From a virus (Duplodnaviria; Caudoviricetes), in the IMG/VR virus record IMGVR_UViG_3300021335_000015, positions 1-62,215 of that record: 62,215 nucleotides of DNA. The stretch is one strand, 5' to 3'. A model generated the notes under the pieces. The model was not told the origin of the DNA and did no database searches. It saw only the letters and a list, made by a program, of their open reading frames with translations. Position 1 is the first letter of the stretch, and each line of letters starts with the position of its first letter. Below are positions 1 to 10,800 of the stretch, one piece after another. Position numbers and translations under genes: made by a program.

Positions 1-1506
1 CATTCGCCAGTCGAAAATCATTCGGGCGAAAAAATCCGTAATCGCGGTTATCTGCGATTCGAAGATTACAAATACATTCAGGACAACGAACGTTATCAGA
101 TCTTCTCGATATTACTGAAGACGGGTTTATCCTTCGCAGACTACGAGGAACTCTATAAAAAAATCATTCACCCTGCGGGTTTCCATATCGCGAATGATAT
201 CGTACTCACCGCGCTGGCAAAAATCGGCGTCCGTTCCGGACCTACAACCGATCCACTCGAAGTACCGAACTATCCAGTACTGGTCGAAGACAGTGTAGAC
301 ATTCATATCGATTCACTCTACACACTACTGACCATGCGAGAAACCGATCCTGTGGATATCGCATTCATTCTATCGTCACTCGAAACACTGGCACGTTACG
401 ACGACGTGACCATTGATCGTCTGAACCAAGTGTATAGTTCGGTCGCAGAGTGGGCAGGAACGTCCTCACAGACAATGGACGACCCGTCTGTATTGATGAG
501 TGGCGACTATGAGGTGTTAGATGAAGGAGAATCTGAGTCGACCATTGATTTGACCTACGGGACTCCTACCAAGTTAGAACCCGTGCAATCTTTACCTGTT
601 GCTGATCCAGAACCTGAACCAGAACCTGAACCTGAACCAGAACCTGAACCTGAACCAGGCGGCGATCCGGAACCAGAACCAGAACCGCAACCACAACCAG
701 CATTACCGAATAACGTGAGTCACTATCGCGAGACGTTCCCTGTCTACAAGTGGACAGAGTATGATCCTACCGACGAAGTGACTGTGATCTGGAACGACCA
801 AGTGATTTATCGTCTGGACGATCTGGACACCTATCCGATTCGAATCATTGGACCGGACGGTGCGACCTATGAACGTGGCGATAAAGAAGGATTCAACTTT
901 AACGGGGATTGGTATGGTGTTATCCGTGTTGATCTCACAGAGGTTCCTGAACCTGAACCGGAACCAGAACCAGAACCAGAACCGGAGCCAGAACCAGAAC
1001 CAGAGCCAGGTCCAAACCCTGAACCGGAGCCAGAACCTGAACCTGAACCTGAACCAGAGCCAGAACCTGAACCGGAACCAGAGCCTGAACCAGAACCAGA
1101 ACCAGAATGGGAATATGATAGACAATCGCCAGAGTACTTCTGGCAAGAAACGACATCTGTATTTGGTGGAATGTCTTACCGATTGTGGTTCGTATATTGG
1201 AACGGTGAACAGAAAGTACCAGCAGATCAAATATCAAGAACACTAGGTACTCCATGGCCTACAACGTTAACTACTGACGGACAGACCTTTACGCGAGAAG
1301 ATACTCCTTTCTCAACAGAGTCTCCATCATCGCAATATGGAACTTCTACAGTAAACTACTATCGTTTGAAGTCTACGCAACCTGCACCGACTCCAACGGA
1401 TCCGACGATACCATCCGATCCGGATCAAACACAAAACATAGCAGGTAGCGGCGGTGGATCGGACGATGAGTTCACCGAAGACGGAAATACATTCTCTCAA
1501 GAATAA
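1..1506 (+). CDS. gp7: Baseplate wedge protein gp7-like, C-terminal part (5'-truncated), with Pro-Glu stalks and two small beta domains
   Basis: Frame 1 is open from base 1 (the ORF track starts only at 334) and reads [19 protein letters not shown]...[10 protein letters not shown], the gp7-type motif of T4-like phages; lies upstream of gp8. Confidence 0.75.
   Translation, partial: HSPVENHSGEKIRNRGYLRFEDYKYIQDNERYQIFSILLKTGLSFADYEELYKKIIHPAGFHIANDIVLTALAKIGVRSGPTTDPLEVPNYPVLVEDSVDIHIDSLYTLLTMRETDPVDIAFILSSLETLARYDDVTIDRLNQVYSSVAEWAGTSSQTMDDPSVLMSGDYEVLDEGESESTIDLTYGTPTKLEPVQSLPVADPEPEPEPEPEPEPEPEPGGDPEPEPEPQPQPALPNNVSHYRETFPVYKWTEYDPTDEVTVIWNDQVIYRLDDLDTYPIRIIGPDGATYERGDKEGFNFNGDWYGVIRVDLTEVPEPEPEPEPEPEPEPEPEPEPGPNPEPEPEPEPEPEPEPEPEPEPEPEPEPEPEWEYDRQSPEYFWQETTSVFGGMSYRLWFVYWNGEQKVPADQISRTLGTPWPTTLTTDGQTFTREDTPFSTESPSSQYGTSTVNYYRLKSTQPAPTPTDPTIPSDPDQTQNIAGSGGGSDDEFTEDGNTFSQE
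601..1107 (+). repeat. Two (Pro-Glu)n coding tracts (GAACCN hexamer repeats, about 601-700 and 943-1107)
   Basis: Directly visible GAACCA/GAACCT/GAGCCA tandem repeats. Confidence 0.95.
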
Positions 1507-1533
1507 ATAAACATTACTATCAAGGGCTAGATA

Positions 1534-4500
1534 ATGTCAAGACAAATAATAAACACAGGACAAAGCGCCAACGATGGAACAGGTGACAACCTACGTTCCG
1601 CTGGTGAAAAAATAAATGCGAACTTCGCAGAACTGTATTCGCTTACTCAGATAGGTAGTGGTAGTTCCCTAGAGGAAATTACTGCACTTATTAATGCGGG
1701 TATTGCACAAGGGTTATCGGACTTGGATGTGGACAGTGCCGTATTAAGTTCTCCGGTCATCATTGCGTTACAAGGTCAACAGAACCAACACAGTACAACT
1801 ATCATTAATCTTGATAGTGACCTGAACGCCATCGAAAACACAGTTAACAATCTTGATCTGTCGGGAATTGACACGAACGCCCTAGCCCTTGCGTCTCTTG
1901 CATCTCGCATAGATCTGGATAGTGATAAGATTGCGGAACTTACCGAAGTTGTTGCGGGTCTTGACAGTGATCTTCTTGCGATTGTTGACTCCGATGATAT
2001 TGATGCAGCGATCACTCTTGCGATCAATGCACTTGCGGCAGACCTTGCTGCACAGGCAGACGCAGACAGTGCAGCACGTGCAATCATCATCGGTGACCTA
2101 AACGCACTTGACTCAGACGTAGGTGCAATCCAATCAGACCTTACTGGTGTCGATCTACAATCATTGGTCGCGTCTATCGCAGCATTACAGCTAGCGAACG
2201 TTGCGGCAGATTCTGATCTTGCGGCACTTGCTGCGTCGATGGACTCGGACTTCATTGCACAGGCAACACTCCTTGCAAACCTAAACTCATTGTTGACATT
2301 ATCTGACAGTGACATACTATCTCTACAGACACAAGTCTCACAACTAGATTCAGACTTCCAAGGTAACGTCGCAGCAAACGCAATTGCGATCGATGGTATT
2401 ATAGTTGATATTACAGAGACAGACTCTGATCTAACTGCACTCGCACAACAGGTGACTGCATTAGAGGTTCAAGTCGCAACCGATATAACGAGTGCAACCT
2501 CTACACTAGAACAGACACTGACAACTCAGATCACCCTAACAGATAGTTCGGTGAGTGCAAACTCATCGGCAATTCTTGCACTACAGACACAACTGAATGA
2601 CTTGGATGTCGCAGGTACTGCGGTCGCTGCAAACGCAGACGCATTGAATGCACTACAGACACAGATCAATGCAAACGATAGTGACATCACTATCATGTCT
2701 TCTGACATCACACAACTTTCATCTACTCTTGCGGCGATCGACTCCGACTTCCTAATCAGTGGAACGGCAGAGGCACGTGAAGAACTACTGACACTTATCC
2801 AGATGTCGGATAGTGCGATTGACTTACTAGCGGCAGACATTACGACACTAGAGACTGCACTACTTACAGCGGGTGTTGATTCCGGTTTCGTTTCCAACCT
2901 AGTTGCTGCCGCAGAACAGGGACTCCAAACTCAGATCACTGCTACGGACTCTGATCTAACAATTGTCGCACAGGATGTCACAAACTTATCCGCACAATTA
3001 AATTCGGTAGACTCTGACCTTGGTGCAGAGATCTCCGCAGTATCTACCGCGCAACAAGCACTGACAGCTCAGGTCACCCAGAACGATTCTGCGATTACCT
3101 CACAGTCGTCTTTGATCACACAACTAGAATCGCAGATCACATCGATTGATTCTGATCTAGGCGTACAACTTGCAGCAGACGCTGCTGCGATTCAGTCCCT
3201 AGAGACACAGGTCTCTGATAGTGCGACAGGTCTTACTGCATTGTCGCAACAGATCACAAGTCTTCAGTCTTCGTTCAATGAAGGTGTAGACTCTGACGCG
3301 GTACTTGCAATCGCAGGTGAAGCGACTGCAACTCTTACTACGCGCATCGATGCAACAGACTCAGACATCACTGCGATCAATCAAGACATCGTAGATCTAC
3401 GCACAGACCTAACTGACACAGAGAATGGACTTGCTGCGAATGTATCGGCAACCGATGCACTGACTACAAGTCTGTCCCAGACTGATAGTGACCTAACGAT
3501 CGTATCTAACCAGACGACACAACTATCAGCAAGTCTAAGTGGACTTGACTCAGATCTACAGGTCACGTCTACGGCACTTGATTCACTAGAGGCAACTGTC
3601 TCTGATAGTGCGAACGGTCTCCTTGCACAGTCGCAACAGATAACTAACCTTGAGACCTCGGTCAGTGACCTAGAACTTGCAGACTCCGCGAACGCCTCTG
3701 CGATACAATCTCTGACCACCACGGTAAACGAAAAGGCAGATGACAGTGACCTCACAGTGGTATCGCAAGCGCTTACAACACTACGTGCAGATTTAGAAGT
3801 ACTGGATAGTGAAACGGGTATCGCACTCCAAGCGGCCGCAGATGCTACGGAGTCACTAACAACTGCTGTCCAGTTAACCGACAGTGCTCTATCAGTAGAG
3901 TCGCAGAAGATTACACAACTACAAGCAGACCTAGGAAGTCTCGACAGTGCAGGGGTGCAGGCAAACGCTGCCGCACTACAGTCATTGACGACTCAGGTCA
4001 ACGACAGTTCGACGGGTCTGTCTGCGATATCCTCACGCGTGGATAGTATTGGCGCAACAGTTGACGCACTTGACCTTTCAGGTATCGACTCCAACTTCTC
4101 ACAGATCTCTGCCGCTGCAAGTTCTCTTGCAACACTAACATCTCGCGTCGACGCAACGGACAGTGACCTAACTGTTATCTCTGAGGACGTTGTCCAGTTG
4201 AATGCCGACCTATCAACAGCAGACAGCGCGATCAGTGCAACATCTAGTGCACTAAGCACCTTGACCGCACAGGTAACCGCAGACAGCGGTGGTCTTGTTT
4301 CACTACAATCACAGATCACATCTCTTGGTGGTACAGTCAGTACTATCAATGGACAGTACGCAACAACAGGTACTACAGATACATTACTTGATAGGATCAC
4401 CGCAACTGATAGTGACCTATTGGTAGAACAAGGCAGGATCACCACACTAGAAGCGTCGGTAAGTAATCTTGATAGTAACCTCACTGGGTTCATGGCAGAC

Positions 4501-6348
4501 ACTACAGTCACCGATGATCTACAGAATCAGATCACTGCAAACGATAGTGCTATCAGCGTGGAGCAGGGTAGGATAACCACACTTGCAGCGAATGTCTCTG
4601 CACTCGATAGTGACTTGAGTCTAAAGGCAGACACCACTGTCACTGACGATCTGTTCAATAGAGTAGATGCTACTGACAGCGATATCGGTGTAGAACAAGG
4701 TAGGATCACTACACTTGAAGCGAATGTCTCGGCAATCGATAGTGACTTGAGTCTAAAGGCGGATACTACAGTCACTGATCAACTACAGAACAACATTGAT
4801 GCTACCGATAGCGACATTGCCGTTGAACAAGGAAGGATCACTACACTTGCTGCCGAGGTCTCTGCACTTGACAGTGAAGTTTCTCTGAAGGCAGATACCA
4901 CTGTCACTGACGATCTGTTCAATAGAGTAGATGCTACTGACAGCGATATCGGTGTAGAACAAGGAAGGATAACCACACTTGCAGCGGATGTCGCGGCGCT
5001 CGATAGTGACTTGAGTCTAAAGGCAGACACCACTGTTACGGACCAACTACAGAACAACATTGATGCTACCGATAGCGACATTACCGTTGAACAAGGAAGG
5101 ATCACTACACTTGCTGCTGATGTATCAAGTCTCGGTAGTGACGTTAATGCAAGTCTTGCACTGAAGGCGGATACTACAGTTACTGACGATCTGTTCAATA
5201 GAGTAGATGCTACTGATAGTGATATCGGTGTAGAACAAGGTAGGATCACTACACTCGATGCTACTGTATCAAGTCTCAACAGTGATGTCAATTCTAGTCT
5301 TGCCTTAAAGGCGGACACTACAGTCACTGATCAACTACAGAACAACATTGATGCTACCGATAGTGATATCGGTGTAGAACAAGGTAGGATCACTACTCTT
5401 CAAGCAACGGTATCAAGTCTCAACAGCGACGTTAATGCAAGTCTTGCCCTAAAGGCAGACACCACTGTCACTGACGATCTGTTCAATAGAGTAGATGCTA
5501 CCGATAGCGACATTACCGTTGAACAAGGAAGGATCACTACACTTGCTGCTGATGTATCAAGTCTCGGTAGTGACGTTAATTCAAGTCTTGCTTTAAAGGC
5601 AGATACCACTGTCACTGACGATCTGTTCAATAGAGTAGATGCTACTGATAGTGACCTATTGATAGAACAGGGTAGGATCACTGAGTTGTCAAGTGCTGTA
5701 TCAGGACTTGATAGTGATCTTGATATAGAGACGCAAGCCCGTCAAGCGCTTGAGTCTACAATTCTTCTCGACAGTGACGTAACAGTAATCACCAACAGTC
5801 TGATAACAACCTTCAGATCCAACATCGGACTTGGTACAACTGGTACCGTAGAGAGTGTTGTTGAATCAGAAATATCAGAACTCACAATTATCGACTCTGC
5901 GGGCATTGCAACCATAGCACAAAGTAAGGTTGACACTCTGTCAGCGACACTTAACGATTCTGCTAATGCTACGGGTTCTATCGCAAACGCACAGGCTGGA
6001 TTGGTACAACGCATCGCTGCGACAGAGAGTGACTTCCAGTCAATCGAACAGAAATACTTTGTCGCACTGGATGATGGAAACACGTTCACTGGATTCGAAG
6101 TACTTAACGGTGCGGGTGTATCATCGTTCACCATCCAAGCGAACGACTTCGCATTGAAGACACAGAACCAAACCAAGACTCCATTCTCCGTGTCTGGAGA
6201 CGTGGTCTCACTAACGAACACAAAGGTTACTGGAAACCTAGACGTGGGTGACGGTGCAGCGAACTCCATGAGATTGAAGGACGATGTATTGAAGATTCAC
6301 GACTCAGACGGTAACGTTAGAGTAATAATCGGTAACTTATCAGGATAA
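1534..6348 (+). CDS. Long acidic coiled-coil tail fibre: gp9/gp10-type N-terminus, DSD-rich shaft, gpJ-like C-terminus
   Basis: N-terminus RQIINTGQSANDGTGDNLRSAGEKINANFAELY is the gp9/10 baseplate-attachment motif; heptad-like shaft; ends LKIHDSDGNVRVIIGNL like siphovirus central-fibre C-termini. Confidence 0.75.
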   Translation: MSRQIINTGQSANDGTGDNLRSAGEKINANFAELYSLTQIGSGSSLEEITALINAGIAQGLSDLDVDSAVLSSPVIIALQGQQNQHSTTIINLDSDLNAIENTVNNLDLSGIDTNALALASLASRIDLDSDKIAELTEVVAGLDSDLLAIVDSDDIDAAITLAINALAADLAAQADADSAARAIIIGDLNALDSDVGAIQSDLTGVDLQSLVASIAALQLANVAADSDLAALAASMDSDFIAQATLLANLNSLLTLSDSDILSLQTQVSQLDSDFQGNVAANAIAIDGIIVDITETDSDLTALAQQVTALEVQVATDITSATSTLEQTLTTQITLTDSSVSANSSAILALQTQLNDLDVAGTAVAANADALNALQTQINANDSDITIMSSDITQLSSTLAAIDSDFLISGTAEAREELLTLIQMSDSAIDLLAADITTLETALLTAGVDSGFVSNLVAAAEQGLQTQITATDSDLTIVAQDVTNLSAQLNSVDSDLGAEISAVSTAQQALTAQVTQNDSAITSQSSLITQLESQITSIDSDLGVQLAADAAAIQSLETQVSDSATGLTALSQQITSLQSSFNEGVDSDAVLAIAGEATATLTTRIDATDSDITAINQDIVDLRTDLTDTENGLAANVSATDALTTSLSQTDSDLTIVSNQTTQLSASLSGLDSDLQVTSTALDSLEATVSDSANGLLAQSQQITNLETSVSDLELADSANASAIQSLTTTVNEKADDSDLTVVSQALTTLRADLEVLDSETGIALQAAADATESLTTAVQLTDSALSVESQKITQLQADLGSLDSAGVQANAAALQSLTTQVNDSSTGLSAISSRVDSIGATVDALDLSGIDSNFSQISAAASSLATLTSRVDATDSDLTVISEDVVQLNADLSTADSAISATSSALSTLTAQVTADSGGLVSLQSQITSLGGTVSTINGQYATTGTTDTLLDRITATDSDLLVEQGRITTLEASVSNLDSNLTGFMADTTVTDDLQNQITANDSAISVEQGRITTLAANVSALDSDLSLKADTTVTDDLFNRVDATDSDIGVEQGRITTLEANVSAIDSDLSLKADTTVTDQLQNNIDATDSDIAVEQGRITTLAAEVSALDSEVSLKADTTVTDDLFNRVDATDSDIGVEQGRITTLAADVAALDSDLSLKADTTVTDQLQNNIDATDSDITVEQGRITTLAADVSSLGSDVNASLALKADTTVTDDLFNRVDATDSDIGVEQGRITTLDATVSSLNSDVNSSLALKADTTVTDQLQNNIDATDSDIGVEQGRITTLQATVSSLNSDVNASLALKADTTVTDDLFNRVDATDSDITVEQGRITTLAADVSSLGSDVNSSLALKADTTVTDDLFNRVDATDSDLLIEQGRITELSSAVSGLDSDLDIETQARQALESTILLDSDVTVITNSLITTFRSNIGLGTTGTVESVVESEISELTIIDSAGIATIAQSKVDTLSATLNDSANATGSIANAQAGLVQRIAATESDFQSIEQKYFVALDDGNTFTGFEVLNGAGVSSFTIQANDFALKTQNQTKTPFSVSGDVVSLTNTKVTGNLDVGDGAANSMRLKDDVLKIHDSDGNVRVIIGNLSG
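4492..5720 (+). repeat. About nine tandem 132/144-bp repeats (44/48 aa, KADTTVTDDLFNRVDATDSDIGVEQGRITTL...)
   Basis: Near-identical DNA copies, mostly alternating DDLFNR and DQLQNN variants. Confidence 0.9.
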
Positions 6349-6400
6349 CTTTGGACAAACCCCCTATATAGTAAATAGGGATTTTTAACAGGACAATATA

Positions 6401-7816
6401 ATGCCAGCTATTGTTAGACAACCATTGCGAACTGAACTCGCAAAACAATTACTGGGAGAGATCCATTCGGAGACGGATCACTACTACATCGGTATAGGCA
6501 AATCGGACAAGTTCGGTGACGCAGACGTAGTGGTTCCGCCAGTGGATTCCCCACAAGAAGAACGTGAGTTCAGACATAATTTGCAATCAATCAAAAAGGT
6601 AGAGGGTGCGATCATGGTCGCCCGTCGAGTCAATTGGACAACAGGTACTCAGTACTACGGTTGGAACGACTCGACGTCACCAAGCGACTCTAACCCATAC
6701 TATGTGCTCACAGACGCGAAAGAAGTTTACATCTGCCTATCACCAGGCATCGATGATAGTGGTGTACATCAACCATCTACGGTAGAACCTAACTATGGGT
6801 TCCACGCACCGATCAGTACAGTGTCAGATCCTAACGATCCAATGTACTTACAACGACTGCACTGGGAACCGTTCACTACCACTGACGGTTACACGTGGAA
6901 GTTCTGTTACTCCTTACGTCCGGAGAACATCTATCAGTTCCTATCATCCAACCACATCCCTGTACAACCTTTAGAAGACACTCTGGCTGGCGGAGACTCT
7001 ATTGAAGATTTACAGTGGCACGTTGCTGATCGTGCGGTTGGTGGAGAAATCATTAGTGTACAAGTAACCGATAGTGGTAGCGGATATGATCCAGCAAACC
7101 CACCGGCTGTTTTGATCGAAGGTAATGGTTATGGTTGTGTTGGTACCGCAGTTGTATCTGGAGACAAGGTCGTAAGAATTGATATGGTGTCTGGTACAAA
7201 CGAAAACACACAGACCACTTATGGTTCTGGATATGGTTGGGCGGAAGTATCAATCGAAGGTAACGCAGAAGCTCGTGCAATCATTACATCTAGTGCCGGT
7301 CTAGGTAAGGACGCTGCAAGTGATTTGAAAACAAGTTCGGTCATGATGAACATCAAACCGAACGGAGATGAGAACGGACGATTCGTTGTCGAGAACTCTT
7401 TCCGTCAGATCGGTGTTATTAAGAACCCGATGCAGCCAAACGGGACAGACGCATACACAGAAGGTGGTGCGAAGTGTCTATCCAGTTTTACCCTAACCAA
7501 CGGTCATGGAGAATCTTCACCATTCCACAACGGAGAGTTGGTGACAAGTTTCCCAGGCGGTGCAGTGGCATATGTTGATGAGTCAATCGGCAACACAGTA
7601 TTCTATCACCAGAATTCAAAAACAGGTTTTGAAGAGTTCGCAGTGGGTGAGTCGATATCTCAAACAGGTGTGGTCGTGACTGCATCCATAGACTTCGTCA
7701 CACGCAAATACGGCATCGATCGATATACAGGCGAGGTTCTTTACATTGAGAACCGACCACGTATACGTCGTGATGCAGAACAACAAGAAGATATCAAGGT
7801 AGTCATCACAGTTTAG
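6401..7816 (+). CDS. gp8: Baseplate wedge subunit gp8
   Basis: YYIGIGK, RRVNWTTG, YYVLT...VYICL, DGYTWKFCY and GEVLYIENRPRIRRDAEQQEDIKVVI motifs. Confidence 0.9.
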   Translation: MPAIVRQPLRTELAKQLLGEIHSETDHYYIGIGKSDKFGDADVVVPPVDSPQEEREFRHNLQSIKKVEGAIMVARRVNWTTGTQYYGWNDSTSPSDSNPYYVLTDAKEVYICLSPGIDDSGVHQPSTVEPNYGFHAPISTVSDPNDPMYLQRLHWEPFTTTDGYTWKFCYSLRPENIYQFLSSNHIPVQPLEDTLAGGDSIEDLQWHVADRAVGGEIISVQVTDSGSGYDPANPPAVLIEGNGYGCVGTAVVSGDKVVRIDMVSGTNENTQTTYGSGYGWAEVSIEGNAEARAIITSSAGLGKDAASDLKTSSVMMNIKPNGDENGRFVVENSFRQIGVIKNPMQPNGTDAYTEGGAKCLSSFTLTNGHGESSPFHNGELVTSFPGGAVAYVDESIGNTVFYHQNSKTGFEEFAVGESISQTGVVVTASIDFVTRKYGIDRYTGEVLYIENRPRIRRDAEQQEDIKVVITV

Positions 7817-7824
7817 GATTAATT

Positions 7825-10800
7825 ATGTCTGATCAAGATTATTTAAAAGAAATAACTGCGTCCACATTCAAGGACGACTACCGCGACTTTTACGATGCAG
7901 ATGATGGGTACCACCGTATCCTATTCAGGGGTGGTCACGCCCTACAGGCACGTGAACTGATCGAACTGCAAACGATCATCCAATCAGAGATCGAACGATT
8001 CGGTAGTAACATATTCAAAGAAGGTGCACTGGTAAATCCAGGCGGTGTCACTGTAGACAACAAAGTTGAGTTTGTCAAGATGACGGAGAGCAGTACTCTC
8101 CCTTCTTTAGATCAACTCCCGGCTGATCGTGAGGTCAAGAACCAAGACGGAGTCAAGGCAAAGGTTCTTGACATCGTGGGTAAGATCGTGTATGTTCAAT
8201 ACATCGATACTACAAGTGGAAATAGTGATGGTGGATCACCTCGTTTCGTAACTGACGACAGACTAGACATCCTAGGTACGGTTGCAACTTCTGGTCGTGC
8301 GGTTCGTGCAGCATTCGCAGAGGGTGACTACTTCGTACAGGGTCACTTCGTACACACAACAGAAAAGAGTTTCATGATCGATCCGGACGGATCACTATCA
8401 GAACACGAAGCGGTCGACATCGGTTTCCGCATCAAGGAAGTTCTGGTCACCGCATCGGAAGATGAGAGTCTCTACGATAACTCAGGTGCACAACCTAATG
8501 TTGGAGCGCCAGGCGCAGACCGATACAAGATCATCCTAGAACCAACGAAACGCACAGATATTGCAAACGATGAGAACTTTGTTTTCGTCGCACGTGTCCT
8601 GAACGGCGTGGTGACTCGTGAGGTCACTAGTCACGATGGATATAATCGAATCAACAAGTTGCTTGCTCAACGCACCAAGGAAGAGTCTGGTGATTATGTT
8701 GCACAGGACTTTACAGCAGTCTTTGAAGATTTCGATGACGCCAACCTACTACTAGATGTTTCTGAGGGAATCGCATACGTCGACGGATATCGACTAGACA
8801 TGGGACGTACAGAGATTGTTGTTCCTAAAGCACAGACCGTGAGACAGAAGGATCGAGAGGTCGTGTCCTCTTACTATGGTAACTGGGTCTATGTAGATGA
8901 GACAAACGCCAATACTACAGGTTTCGGTGACCTATCAAGTTTCGGTGCAGTTACTATTAGAAACGATCAAGGACAAGTAATCGGTGACGCGAACACTCGT
9001 GGCATCGAACAGGACGCAGCGGGTTATCGACTATACATCTTCAACGTGAAGTTAGGTGATGGCGCAACCTTCAGTCAAGCACAGAGTTTTGTCGACAAAA
9101 TAAACGGAGATGAAATCTACCTTGTTGACACCCACATCTATGGTACGATCAACAACAGCCTAATCTTCCCACTACCACAGACAAGTCCAGAAAGAAACAG
9201 TATCGCAACCGCGCAGTATGTGAAGACCGTTGCGAGAGTGAATCAACAACCAGACGGTACAGAGTTGACTCTCGGTGGAGTTGAACCACAGAACTGGGTC
9301 ATCTCAGAAGTCGGTGGTGGCATCTTAGATATAGTCGCTGATAACGCAGGTAAGTTTATAGGGTTGGATGCATCCAGTACCTACAACGTTCTGACTTACG
9401 TTAACGAACCAAACGGCACATACCGTAAGAAGACACTGACAAGAAAGACAGACCTACAGGTGACCACAGACCACGCACAATTGGAATTTGCTACGTCGGT
9501 CGAGACTTCAGTGGTTGATGGTTACGAACTCATTCAGGTGTTACAGAACGACGGTAAAGATGTCACGCACATGTATGAGATGGACGGCGGTCAACGAGAT
9601 AACTTCTACGACTTCGTCTCTTTCAGATTGAAGACTGGGTTCTCTATACCAGATGGAATCACTCTATCATTTGACTTCAAACACTTCGAACATGATGCGG
9701 GAGACTTCTTCTCTGTGACTTCATACTTAGGTGAGGACGCTGGTGACGAAGGTCTCGCATACGAAGACATTCCATCGCACACATACGTCGATGGTACCAC
9801 AGTATCACTACGTGACGTGATCGACTTCCGTCCATCACGTAACACCGATGGTTCATTTCCGACATTGAGTATACCACAGAATGCTTCAGGAATCAACTTA
9901 ATCAATGTAAAATATTACGAACCACGTATTGACATTCTAGTCGCTAACACTAAGGACAGATACGGTGATGTTGGTTTTGGTGAACTACAAGTCGTTCAGG
10001 GTCAGTCAAGTGCAAACCCAAGACCACCAGAAGTTCCAACCGGATCTCTGCCACTATACATCTTCCGTCTGAATCCATACACGTTCAACTCTAGTGACGT
10101 GGTAATGGAGAAACAGACACACAAGCGATTCACCATGAAGGATATCGCTGCTATCGAAACTCGCGTAGATGATCTATACGAGTTGACCACACTGAGTCTC
10201 CTAGAGTCCAACACGCAATCGCTTACTGTTCTTGACGATCAGGGATCTGCGAGAACGAAGGCTGGATTCATCGCGGACAACTTCACGTCGTTCAGTTTCT
10301 CTGACGTGAACAACCCAGATTACCGCGCATCGGTCGAGACGGTATCGGGTCTAATGAAACCATCCTTCCGCGAAAACCTTGTTAGATTGAAACATGATGC
10401 GTCTCAGGGTAATTCAACTCGCACTGGTGATTACGTAACACTACCTTACACACACGTTTCGTTCATAACGCAAGACGTAGCTACTGGTAGTATGAACATC
10501 AATCCGTTCGCGGTCATTACGCAGGAAGGTCACACCACACTATCACCATCAAGTGATCAGTGGGTGGAGACACAGACTTTACCACCAATTATGCAGACGA
10601 CAGTTCGTCGTTCGGTTCCTATCGATCTTGGATTCGAAGACCTTTGGTGGAATGGTATTACAAACGTTAACCGTCCACGCACACGTCAACAGTTCTCTGT
10701 TGAGTCAACGTCTCGTGCGATACAGGAGTTTGTCGGTGAACGTGTAGTCGATACCGAAGTTGTTCCGTTCATGCGTTCACGTAAGATCTCATTCAAGGCA

